From: Coleofasciculus chthonoplastes F2-STO-03
Lineage (GTDB): Bacteria; Cyanobacteriota; Cyanobacteriia; Cyanobacteriales; Coleofasciculaceae
DNA length: 32,628 bases
Reading direction: 5' to 3'
NCBI GenBank assembly: GCA_040222015.1
Contig: JAVJWO010000131.1
Coordinates: 1-32,628, forward strand
Below, piece after piece: positions 20,166 to 29,040 of the stretch (the stretch's first letter is position 1; every line of letters begins with the position of its first letter). The position numbers were made by a program, and so were the translations under genes. The notes below the pieces were generated by a model that saw nothing but the letters and a program-made list of their open reading frames with translations, ran no database searches and was not told the origin of the DNA.

Positions 20166-20240
20166 TCCAAGATCAGCCTGTTGGGTAAATAGCGGTTTCG
20201 AGAAGGGCAGAATGAAATAAGGGCGGGTTTTGTTGAAAGG

Positions 20241-21650
20241 TTATTGGTAGGATACAACAATTAAAGGGTGACATCCTCCTACACGCTCCCCTACGGGTAC
20301 AGTGTAGGCTTCTTTTGTCGTAGTCTTACGACTACGCTTCCGGCGTTTTATAGTGGGGAATATGCCCAGCCCCACTTTCTTGATGTTAATCGCTGCATTC
20401 CAGTCTCTGTCCAGAATTAATCCGCATAAACATTCGTGTATTCGGACAGATAAATCTTTTTCTTGATAACGATTACAGCAAGAACATATCTGGCTTGTAT
20501 CATGGGGTTTAACTTTCACCACCGACTTACCAGCTTTCGCAGCTTTGTAAGTGAGAATTGAAAGGAATTGACTCCAGCCAGCATCATTGATCGACTTGTT
20601 TAAGCCTGATTTGGCACTCTGACCATTGGGTAAATATTTTCCATTTTCATCCTGCTTGGGTTTGTTTTTCCGGGATAAGTTTCCCGGCTTGATGTCCTCG
20701 ACAAAGAATACCTGCTCGTCCCGACTCACCAGTTTTGTGGCTGACTCGTAATGAAACTGTTTCCGCTTGCGCTGCAACCTCTGGTGGTGTTTCGATATCT
20801 TTTTCGCCAACCTCCGCCGTGATGCTGATTGATGAGGTTTACTATCTTTGCGATTAGCTAGCTTTGCCAGCTTTGACTCAGACTTACGGTAGTGTTGCTG
20901 AATTGGCTCTACCTCACCATCTGATGCCGTCCAGAACTTCTCTAGTCCTACATCTAACCCAAGGGAATTCTTTTCCGTTGCTTCTATTTCTGGTGATTTT
21001 AGGCTAGGAACGGTCTTGTCCTCTAAGGTTAAGCAGATATACCAACCATCGGCACGACGCGACACCAGTGCCGCTTTAATAGTGAACCCTTCTGGGATTG
21101 GGCGATGATAGATAAGCTTAACCTGACCGATTTTGGGCAGGTTTATATAAGCGATATCGCGCCGCGTGTCACCATTTTTGCGCCGATGAGGATTAGGAGC
21201 AACACTTAGGCAATCTGGTTTTAATTGGGGAATCGAAAATGTTCGGTATCGCCGCAGCGACTTAAACCGAGGTTTTCCACTTCGCTTACCATTTGAATCA
21301 CCTGCAACAAAACGATTAAACGCATCCTCTACTCGCTTAATCGCCTCTTGAATTACCTGTGAGTGAACTCCCTTGTATAGGTGCTTAAAAGCTTCCCTTG
21401 ACCAATGGGTAGCCCGTTTCTGTGAGTAATAGGTTGGCGGGTCTTTAAGTTCTGGTAAATGGGTGACAAAAATTGAGCAAGCATTGACTGGGCGGCGGTT
21501 ACACTCCCACCAGTTAAATCTTTCCTCTAGCATCAGATTATGTATCCGGCATAGTTTGTGCAGCCAGTTGTTTAGCTGGCAAGCCTGTTGTTTGTCCGGC
21601 ACAATCCGATATTGGTAATTCAACTTAAACCTGTCTTTGCTTCGCTTCAA
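20241..21650 (-). CDS. tnpB: IS200/IS605-family RNA-guided endonuclease TnpB, catalytic residues intact
   Basis: N-terminal YQYRIVP, GKPRFK, RuvC-I LGLDVGL, RuvC-II VED, TSQICSCC..CLCG zinc ribbon, RuvC-III DRDWNAA. TTG start with GGAGGTG RBS. Confidence 0.96.
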   Translation of the reverse strand: MKRSKDRFKLNYQYRIVPDKQQACQLNNWLHKLCRIHNLMLEERFNWWECNRRPVNACSIFVTHLPELKDPPTYYSQKRATHWSREAFKHLYKGVHSQVIQEAIKRVEDAFNRFVAGDSNGKRSGKPRFKSLRRYRTFSIPQLKPDCLSVAPNPHRRKNGDTRRDIAYINLPKIGQVKLIYHRPIPEGFTIKAALVSRRADGWYICLTLEDKTVPSLKSPEIEATEKNSLGLDVGLEKFWTASDGEVEPIQQHYRKSESKLAKLANRKDSKPHQSASRRRLAKKISKHHQRLQRKRKQFHYESATKLVSRDEQVFFVEDIKPGNLSRKNKPKQDENGKYLPNGQSAKSGLNKSINDAGWSQFLSILTYKAAKAGKSVVKVKPHDTSQICSCCNRYQEKDLSVRIHECLCGLILDRDWNAAINIKKVGLGIFPTIKRRKRSRKTTTKEAYTVPVGERVGGCHPLIVVSYQ

Positions 21651-21782
21651 TTTTTATCACCTCCCTTGCATTTTATTATAACACCTGCAAACCCAATAAT
21701 CAGGGAGAAATAAACTTTTAATACTGGCGATTCATCCCACGCTCAATCAAAGATTAGAGCGTGGGGCTTCTCGCCGGGTTAG
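20268..21782 (-). mobile_element. Complete tnpB-only (IS1341-like) element, about 1515 bp
   Basis: Minus strand left end: TTAG|CTAACCCGGCGAG-AAGC-CCCACGCTC...GAGCGTGGG. Right end: GAAG-CCTACAC...GTGTAGG-AGGATG-TCAC|. Removing it restores a REP doublet. No tnpA present. Confidence 0.85.
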
Positions 21783-21794
21783 CTAAACCCGCCC

Positions 21795-22859
21795 CTACTG
21801 ACTCCCCTGGTACTCGTGGGTTAAAAAGGGAACATCCACAACTTCACCCTCAATCTCTCCCACCTTAACCTTAAGCCCAACACCCCCAGCTTTAGTGCGG
21901 ATATAGGCTAAACCGATGCAACCGTGTTCCGTTGGCGTACAACTGGTTAACTTACCCACTTTTTCCCCATCCATGGTGATGACGGTTCCCGGTTCCACCG
22001 ATACTGGTAAACGCACTCCTCGCAACAGCTGTTTGACACCTTTGTAAGTATTTAATCGCGCGATCGTTTCTTGACCGATATAACATCCTTTATCAAAGGA
22101 AATCGTATTCCATAACCCCGCTTCTAGGGGATTGTAATCCTCTGTTAGTTCATAATCAGGAAATGGACGCCCTTGTTCAACTCGCAACTGTTGCCACACG
22201 CGATCGCCCATTGGTGTAGCATCGGCTGTGGTTAAGGTTTGCCATAACTTTGCCCCATCGCTGGCGGGGACAATTAGGATATATCCAGGGAGTGCTAAAC
22301 CACTTCCTCTAGCCATTCGCACCTCTATATCATTCAGCTTGAGGTGTTGATGACTGGCATACGTCTCACCAATCGCCAACTGCACACCTAGCTTGGTCAA
22401 CAAGGTATCACTGTCGGGTCCAACTAGGCTAAAAATAGCACTATCGTTGGAGATATCTGCTAATTCCACCCGATCCATGGGAAAAATATAGCGATCCAGC
22501 CAGTCTAGTAACTGTTGACGCCGATTGGGGGATACCAACAGTAATACCGCCTCTTCAGTGACGTAAGCGGTGACCAGATCAATAGTACGGGCAGTTGAGG
22601 TTACAAAAACTGTATCACATCCCTGTCCCGGTTTCAGGTTCTGGAAATCATTGGTACTTTGATTATGCAAAAAGCGCAGTCTATCCTCATCGGAGATTTT
22701 CAGCAATCCCCAATGGGATAGATCAACTAAAGCCACCCCTTGACGCGCTGCTTGGATGGCGGCTGCATGATTGCCGAAACTGGTTGGTACTGGCACTTGG
22801 GCAACTGGCTCAAACGTTGCTCCGGCACTACGCTGCATCTCTTGTAAGGCTTGGCTCAT
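21795..22859 (-). CDS. ygfZ: Folate-binding YgfZ/GcvT-family protein
   Basis: RFLHNQSTND and the KGCYIGQE signature motif. Confidence 0.95.
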   Translation of the reverse strand: MSQALQEMQRSAGATFEPVAQVPVPTSFGNHAAAIQAARQGVALVDLSHWGLLKISDEDRLRFLHNQSTNDFQNLKPGQGCDTVFVTSTARTIDLVTAYVTEEAVLLLVSPNRRQQLLDWLDRYIFPMDRVELADISNDSAIFSLVGPDSDTLLTKLGVQLAIGETYASHQHLKLNDIEVRMARGSGLALPGYILIVPASDGAKLWQTLTTADATPMGDRVWQQLRVEQGRPFPDYELTEDYNPLEAGLWNTISFDKGCYIGQETIARLNTYKGVKQLLRGVRLPVSVEPGTVITMDGEKVGKLTSCTPTEHGCIGLAYIRTKAGGVGLKVKVGEIEGEVVDVPFLTHEYQGSQ

Positions 22860-22957
22860 ACGTCAAATCCTGTTGTTCACCCAATACGGATCGGTTCATC
22901 AAAATTGTAGAGTAAAAAATGAACCGATAAAACAGTTGTTGGCAATTTGAGAAAAAG

Positions 22958-23257
22958 TTAACCGATCAAACCTTTCTGTGCTTGTAGGTGGGCGACTATA
23001 TCATGTACTTTTGTTGATGGGTTAGTACAAGCAGCACTCTCTAATTTTTTAGCCTTCGCAATAGCTTGATCAAGTTGTGGTTTCAGTAAACCGTAGTAAC
23101 CTGATTTGCTTTTATCATAGCATTCGATTTTTGATTGCTTCAACTCTCTAGTTGTCGGTAATTTTAAATCCTGTTTTAAATCAGAAAAATAATTGTATTC
23201 GGTTTCTTGACCTTCAACCACAATCAAAATCAATTTACTGGGTCGTCTAAAACCTCA
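22958..23257 (-). pseudogene. Internally deleted RloB-like (TOPRIM-type) gene
   Basis: N-terminal ILIVVEGQETEYNYF and C-terminal NPSTKVHDIV motifs are joined without the usual central D-x-D and SNPCFE.W segments. 5' end abuts a truncated tnpB. Confidence 0.7.
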
Positions 23258-23684
23258 GAGGATTAACCCCTAGCACCGGAAACACGAATGACCGCATCCT
23301 ACCTACTTTTTTAAACCGTGGAAAACCTCTACCGTTTTTCCACATTCCCTCAAATGCTAACTGTAACCGCTTGAGGGTTTGTTGTAGGACTTGCGAATGT
23401 ACCTGCTTTAGTGCAGGAATATTCTTTTTCGCTTGGGTGAGATTTTCGCACTGGCTCCTATAAGTTGGCGCAGGCGCATCCGCGCTGTAGACGTACTCAC
23501 TTTTAATCGAGCAAGCATTAACCAGACATTTCCGACTATTTACCCAATTTTTTCGCTCACACAATGCGTAGTTATACACTCTACGACACTGTTCTAACCA
23601 CTCATTAAAAGTGGCTACTTGAGCGGTAGTTGGTTTTAGTTTAAATTCGTAAATTAGGTTAAACACTTGCCTCGACCTCTGCAA
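23247..23684 (-). pseudogene. tnpB: Truncated TnpB (N-terminal part only, no RuvC)
   Basis: YEFKLKPT, CRRVYNYAL, VHSQVLQQTL and GFPRFKK, then a stop at 145 aa. Confidence 0.9.
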
Positions 23685-23774
23685 CGTTTACTGGTATTAT
23701 ACTACATTATTGGTTGAGTGTCGTCAGGAGGAAATAGACTCGCAACTAAAGTTGCGAAGAGCTGAACGCATCGC

Positions 23775-23826
23775 TCGGTTTCATCCCCCGACGCTCAGTA
23801 CGGGGGAGCCTGCACCTTCGCTACCT
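23775..23826 (-). mobile_element. Probable left-end hairpin of the truncated TnpB element
   Basis: TCCCCCG-N10-CGGGGGA hairpin (23784-23807) preceded by TTCA on +, the same layout as the left end at 21727-21782. Confidence 0.6.
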
Positions 23827-23827
23827 T

Positions 23828-23894
23828 GTAAAGGGCGACCCGATCCAATTGAGTGAAATGGAGTTTTTGATTAATGCAAGCGGGTCGCCCCTAC
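23828..23894. repeat. REP-like doublet
   Basis: GTAAAGGGCGACCCG...CGGGTCGCCCCTAC inverted arms. Confidence 0.7.
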
Positions 23895-23939
23895 AGGGTG
23901 GTTTTGCGATCGCAGGAGTCTCCTAGTTAATTAATTCCC

Positions 23940-26045
23940 TCAAGACGCCGCCACTAATCCACTATGACGCAGCAACGGTTCCGTACTCGGTTCCCGTCCC
24001 CGAAATTCCTTGAATACCTCCATCGGTGGCACACCACCGCCTAATGCCAAAACTGTATCCCGATACCGCTTTCCTGTATCCGCCACAGCCGTTTCATTCT
24101 CTAAACCAACCTCCTCAAAGGCGGCGAAGGCATCCGCACTCAGGACTTCTGCCCATTTGTAACTGTAATATCCAGCCGCATACCCGCCTGCAAAGATATG
24201 GGAAAAGGCACAGAGGAAGGAATCTTCCGGTAAAGGTTGTAACACGGTGGTGGTTTTGGCAATTCGGTGACGGACATCACTGGGACTTTCCTCTCCTCCT
24301 GGCTGATAACGGTGGTGCAGTTCGATGTCCACCAAACTAAAGTGCAATTGCCGTAACATGGCACTACCACTCATGTAAGTCCGGGCTGCCAAGAGTTTCT
24401 GATAATAATGTTCGGGCAGGGATTCCCCAGTTTCGTAGTGCTTCGCCATACCCATCAGCGTGGGGCGATCGTAACACCAGTTTTCCATAAACTGGCTGGG
24501 TAGTTCCACGGCGTCCCATTCCACATTATTAATTCCGGCTGCACTAGCATAATCCACTTGGGTGAGCATATGTTGCAACCCATGACCAAACTCGTGGAAT
24601 AGGGTTTCGACTTCACCAAAGGTCATTAAACTGGGTTTACCATCAATCGGTGGCGTTTGGTTGCAAACTAAATAGGCAACGGGTAGGCGCGTCGTCATTG
24701 TCCCGGCTTCCGTGAGTTTGGCACGCCCCACACAATCATCCATCCAAGCCCCTCCACGCTTCTCAGCGGGACGACTGTAGGGATCTAAATAGAAAAACGC
24801 GATCGCACTCCCTGTTTCATCGGCGACTTGGAAATAGCGGACATCCTCATGCCAAACGGGGGCTTGTCCATCCGCAGGCGTAACTATCACCCCAAACAGT
24901 CGCTTGATTAAGCCAAACAAGCCATCCAGCACTTGAGGTAACGGAAAATAAGGACGCAATTCCTCAGCACTGAAGGCAAACTTTTCTTCCCGTTGACGTT
25001 CTGACCAAAAACTGATATCCCAGTGTTTCAAATCATTGGCTTCGGGGACACCTTTAGCCGCCGCAAACGCTTTCAACGCCTCTAAATCCTTAACCGCCGC
25101 ATCGTAACTAGCACCACGCAGTTCTTCGAGTAATCCCTCCACCGCCTCAACATTGGGTGCCATTTTGCTGGCAAGGCTTAATTTGGCGTAACTTCTAAAC
25201 CCTAAGATCTGGGATTTTTCTTGACGCAATTCTAAAATCCGCTCAATCAGAGGACTATTATCCAACTCCCCGGAAGAGGCGCGGCTGACAAAGGCTTTAT
25301 AGAGTTTCTCCCGCAAATCCCGACGGGTACTGTGTTGCATGAACGGAACATAACTGGGATAGTCTAGGGTAATGCGCCAAGGACCTTGTTCCGGAGTCGC
25401 CTTTTCTTCCCCGGCAGCACGGGCGGCTTGAGCGGCTAAACTCTTTAGGCTAGGGGGTAAACCCTCTACTTCGTCTGGACGGGTTAGGGTCATGCTAAAT
25501 GCCTTGGTTGCATCTAACACATGGTTGGAGAACTTTGTGGATAGTTCTGCCAACTCCATCTGGATTTGATTGAAGCGCGATCGCACCTCCCCTTCAAGTC
25601 CGACACCAGAGAGTTCAGCATCGCGAATGGCAGCTTCGACGATCCGTTTTTGGGCTGGCTCTAAGCTACGCCATTCATCCCCATCTTGTAAGGATTTGAA
25701 GGCTTTGTATAAGGGTTGGCTTTGGTTAAGGGTGTTGATAAATTGAACGACGTTAGGTTGAACCGTTTCGTAAGCCTCACGCAGTTCGGGACTATTTTTT
25801 ACCCCCATCAAATGACCCACGATGCTCCAACTCCACCGGAGGCGTTCGGTTAAGCCTTCTAGGGGTTCGACTAAACCGTCCCAGGTTGGTGTTACCCCCT
25901 CCTCTAGGGCGGCTAATTCCTGCTCAAGTTCAGCGAGTAGCTGTGTCATCGCAGGCACAATATGGTTTGGCTCAATCTGGTCAAAAGGGGGGAGTCCCTT
26001 GCCACGGCGTAATAGATTCTCAGTCACAGTTGGATTGGCAATCAT
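23940..26045 (-). CDS. prlC: Oligopeptidase A (M3 metallopeptidase)
   Basis: KRGGAWM, TLFHEFGHGLQH (HExxH), VELPSQFMENW and GYAAGYYSYKWAEVLSAD. Confidence 0.95.
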   Translation of the reverse strand: MIANPTVTENLLRRGKGLPPFDQIEPNHIVPAMTQLLAELEQELAALEEGVTPTWDGLVEPLEGLTERLRWSWSIVGHLMGVKNSPELREAYETVQPNVVQFINTLNQSQPLYKAFKSLQDGDEWRSLEPAQKRIVEAAIRDAELSGVGLEGEVRSRFNQIQMELAELSTKFSNHVLDATKAFSMTLTRPDEVEGLPPSLKSLAAQAARAAGEEKATPEQGPWRITLDYPSYVPFMQHSTRRDLREKLYKAFVSRASSGELDNSPLIERILELRQEKSQILGFRSYAKLSLASKMAPNVEAVEGLLEELRGASYDAAVKDLEALKAFAAAKGVPEANDLKHWDISFWSERQREEKFAFSAEELRPYFPLPQVLDGLFGLIKRLFGVIVTPADGQAPVWHEDVRYFQVADETGSAIAFFYLDPYSRPAEKRGGAWMDDCVGRAKLTEAGTMTTRLPVAYLVCNQTPPIDGKPSLMTFGEVETLFHEFGHGLQHMLTQVDYASAAGINNVEWDAVELPSQFMENWCYDRPTLMGMAKHYETGESLPEHYYQKLLAARTYMSGSAMLRQLHFSLVDIELHHRYQPGGEESPSDVRHRIAKTTTVLQPLPEDSFLCAFSHIFAGGYAAGYYSYKWAEVLSADAFAAFEEVGLENETAVADTGKRYRDTVLALGGGVPPMEVFKEFRGREPSTEPLLRHSGLVAAS

Positions 26046-26256
26046 GAGTCGTATCGGGTTACAAAATCAGACTGAAACAGCATGTAATGGTGATACAAGG
26101 CAAGCAGCTCTTGCCGCCCGACTTGTATCAAACTAACGCCTGAAGCTTCCCTGGGGAACTTGTAAGGCGCGAAAATTAAATACTTAGCAAGAATATTTTT
26201 TGACGTCAGTGATCCTTATCATCGTGAAGATGGATTCAAATGGTAGAAGGCAAGGA

Positions 26257-26347
26257 GTAGAGACGTAGCATGCTACGTCTCTACGTCGGGGCGGGTTTAG
26301 TTCAATCTGGGTGAGGTAAAAAATGATAGTAGTGAAACCCGCGCCTA
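26257..26347. repeat. Perfect 28-bp palindrome plus REP doublet
   Basis: GTAGAGACGTAGCATGCTACGTCTCTAC (26257-26284), then GGGGCGGGTTTAG...GTGAAACCCGCGCCTA. Confidence 0.85.
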
Positions 26348-26403
26348 TATACACAAAACTAGACTCTTTGAGCGAAGCGAAAGGTCAAAACTTCTCCAAT
26401 CAC

Positions 26404-26835
26404 CTACTGACGCTGAAGTAATGATGAAAAACGTTCTTTAACTTGGCTGACAGCGGATTGAATCAAATTCCCTGGCGTTCCTTGGGGACGAGTTGCCACA
26501 ACGATGGGTTCGTCTTTAAACTCTTTGAGTCGATGACCATATTCCAACTCGCTTTGGCGCTTCCGCAGTTTGGGGAATAGCCGAAATATTCCTTTGAGTA
26601 ACTCCTCTTCTTGCTGAAATAACGCCTGGTTGATTTGACTGCTGCGATTCACTGCCATTGAGCCAGCCGGTAACCAGTTTTTCTCTCCCTTAATCCGGAC
26701 ATAGATATTGAATTCCGGTAATCCCGACTTTTGCATTTCATCATACTTGCGGGAAGCGGATGCCCGTTTGACTTTGTTTTTCTTGGCTTTCTGTTGTTTG
26801 GGTTGGACTTTGCCAAAGCCGAGTTGGGTGGTCAT
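26404..26835 (-). CDS. HHL1-like cyanobacterial protein
   Basis: GFGK N-terminus and PEFNIYVR...WLPAGSMAV.RS..I..A.F..EE.L.KG.FRLFP..LEYG.RLK.FKDEPI pattern. Confidence 0.75.
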   Translation of the reverse strand: MTTQLGFGKVQPKQQKAKKNKVKRASASRKYDEMQKSGLPEFNIYVRIKGEKNWLPAGSMAVNRSSQINQALFQQEEELLKGIFRLFPKLRKRQSELEYGHRLKEFKDEPIVVATRPQGTPGNLIQSAVSQVKERFSSLLQRQ

Positions 26836-27204
26836 ATTCAGTTACTCCGATACTCTCTTAACAAAAGTTTACATCATTCTCAGGAAACTTGTGCCGCCTA
26901 GGTGTGGTGATGCCTCTGAAAGACAGACACCACATAAAATAAAGGGCGCACTGACGTGCGCCCCCACAGATAAAAATTTTTTAAGTTGAACCTAGGGAAG
27001 CTTAAGGAGTGGCGATTATGCCGCAGAACAGCTATTTTTTTGCTAAGATATGCTAATTTAATCTCTGAAGAATCAAAATTAGCCTATTTTTGCCAACCAA
27101 CAGGAGACACTTAGATTTTTTCTTCCTGGCAGACTCAGACACTGGGAAACTGATCTAGAATTCATCAAAATGAAAATAAACCCATCTAAGTTGCATGAGC
27201 GAGA

Positions 27205-28329
27205 ATGAACCGTTGGCAGTTTACCGAAGCCTTTGAGGGATTGACACCACGACGCAGGCAAGTGCTGAAATTGCTATTGGCTGGCGTTTCGGATCAGGAT
27301 ATCGCTCAATCGTTACATATTGAAACATCAACGGTGAGAAAACACGTTGAGAATATCTGTTCAGCTTTTGGGCTGAGAAATGAGTTTCCTGATGAACGGC
27401 GTTCTAAACGAGGAGAGTTAATTACGCTGTTCGCTAAATATCAACCTGAACTTGTAACCGGGCAAACCTTGAGTGTGACTCACCAACGGTCATCTGAATT
27501 TGTAGATGGTAATAATCACAAGATAGTAAAACGCGAGGATACGAAAATTTGCGTGACGAGTGAAGTGAGATTAACGGTTAATGATATGTCCGATTCTCCA
27601 CTTAACAACCGCGATGTGTTTATCCTGATTGATCAAAGTGGTTCTATGGTGAGAAAGGATGAAGATACCGGAAAGCAAACTCGTTACGAGTATCTAGCGG
27701 AAGTTGTTGAAGGACATATCGCCGCCATTTTGTCAGTTGGTTCTGAATCCGGGAATAAAGCGGATGAAAAAATTGCCCTGAAGCAGGGCTATCCGGCTGA
27801 CAATCATGCCTCTGTTTACTTCTTCAGCAGGGAAAGGGTCAAACCAAAACCTATTGTGATTAACGATGCCTCTCAAGTTTGGAAGCTGTTCGTCAAAAAT
27901 AAACCAAAAACCAAAACCTTTGTTGCTCCGACTTTAAACCATTGTGTTAACACTTGGTTAACTGAAGGCAAACCTAATGGGAAAGGAGCCTTTTTTATTA
28001 TTTATACTGATGGTCAATTTGATGACGAAGAGCAATTTGTTCAATGTATTGCTTCAGCCTGTAGCAAAATTGAAAATCATAAAGATATCAAGTTTTTTGT
28101 TTTGGGATTAGGTAAAGATATTGATGTTGAACATTTCCTAGCGCTAGATTTCAATATCAATCAGACGATGAAATTTAATATTTTTGTCTTTGATTTGGTC
28201 AATGAAGTCGATGATATTATTGAGCTTTTACAACGTCAGCTAACGGATGATCCCTATCTAGCATTTCCGGATTGGGTCAAAATTCGTCATCCTGATTTAG
28301 TCGAGAAGGTAATTCAAGATAACAGGTAA
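27205..28329 (+). CDS. LuxR-type HTH fused to a vWA domain
   Basis: LTPRRRQVLKLLLAG.SD.DIA.SL.I..STVRKHV HTH. vWA MIDAS elements ILIDQSGSM, a conserved T and IIYTDG. Confidence 0.85.
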   Translation: MNRWQFTEAFEGLTPRRRQVLKLLLAGVSDQDIAQSLHIETSTVRKHVENICSAFGLRNEFPDERRSKRGELITLFAKYQPELVTGQTLSVTHQRSSEFVDGNNHKIVKREDTKICVTSEVRLTVNDMSDSPLNNRDVFILIDQSGSMVRKDEDTGKQTRYEYLAEVVEGHIAAILSVGSESGNKADEKIALKQGYPADNHASVYFFSRERVKPKPIVINDASQVWKLFVKNKPKTKTFVAPTLNHCVNTWLTEGKPNGKGAFFIIYTDGQFDDEEQFVQCIASACSKIENHKDIKFFVLGLGKDIDVEHFLALDFNINQTMKFNIFVFDLVNEVDDIIELLQRQLTDDPYLAFPDWVKIRHPDLVEKVIQDNR

Positions 28330-28336
28330 CAGGCGT

Positions 28337-28456
28337 GATGGGGAAGATGGGGAAGATGGGGAAGATGGGGAAGATGGGGAAGATGGGGAAGATGGGGAAG
28401 ATGGGGGAGCAAATGACGAATGACGAATGACAAATGACGAATGACTAATGACTAAT
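28337..28456. repeat. Adjacent tandem arrays (GATGGGGAA)x~8 and (AATGACN)x~6
   Basis: Directly visible between two convergent genes. Confidence 0.92.
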
Positions 28457-28965
28457 CAACACACTCGACGTCCCATAATTACCAAATCACGCTCAATGTG
28501 ACCCATATCCGCTATTTGAGGTAAATAACCCCAACGTTGGAAGCCATGTTTTTGAAAGAGTTGTAGGCTGGGTTGGTTGTGAGCAAAGATTAAGGCAACT
28601 AAGGTATTGAGTCCTAACTTAGGAGTCTGTTTGATGGCGCGTTGCAGCAGTTGTTGTCCTATTCCTTGACGCCGAAAATCGGGAGACACGTAGACGCTAA
28701 GTTCAGCCGTTGCATGGTAGGCTGGGCGTACTAAGAAAGCCTGAAAACTGAGCCAACCAGCAATTTGACCTGTAGAATTGGATCGTTCATGGCAGTCCAT
28801 GACCCAAAGAGGGTAACGGTTTGGTGTATGTTCTTGATACCAAGCGATACGGCTTTCGACTGAGATAGGTTCTAGATCGGCGGTGGCAATGCGACTGGGA
28901 ACAGCCGAATTGTAAATTTCCACGATCGCGGGCAAATCTACCTCAGTGGCATCACGGATATACAT
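28456..28965 (-). CDS. GNAT N-acetyltransferase, phosphinothricin-acetyltransferase (YncA/MddA)-like
   Basis: IRDATEVDLPAIVEIYN, RPAYHATAELSVYV.P..RRQGIG, N.PSL.LF.K.GF..WG. Likely start is ATG 28965. Confidence 0.9.
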   Translation of the reverse strand: MYIRDATEVDLPAIVEIYNSAVPSRIATADLEPISVESRIAWYQEHTPNRYPLWVMDCHERSNSTGQIAGWLSFQAFLVRPAYHATAELSVYVSPDFRRQGIGQQLLQRAIKQTPKLGLNTLVALIFAHNQPSLQLFQKHGFQRWGYLPQIADMGHIERDLVIMGRRVC

Positions 28966-29040
28966 TAAGGCAGGATTAGGGCGACAAACCATAGAATATT
29001 AGTGCTAAAGGGTGATCAGTGATTAAACAGGCTTCTTTGT

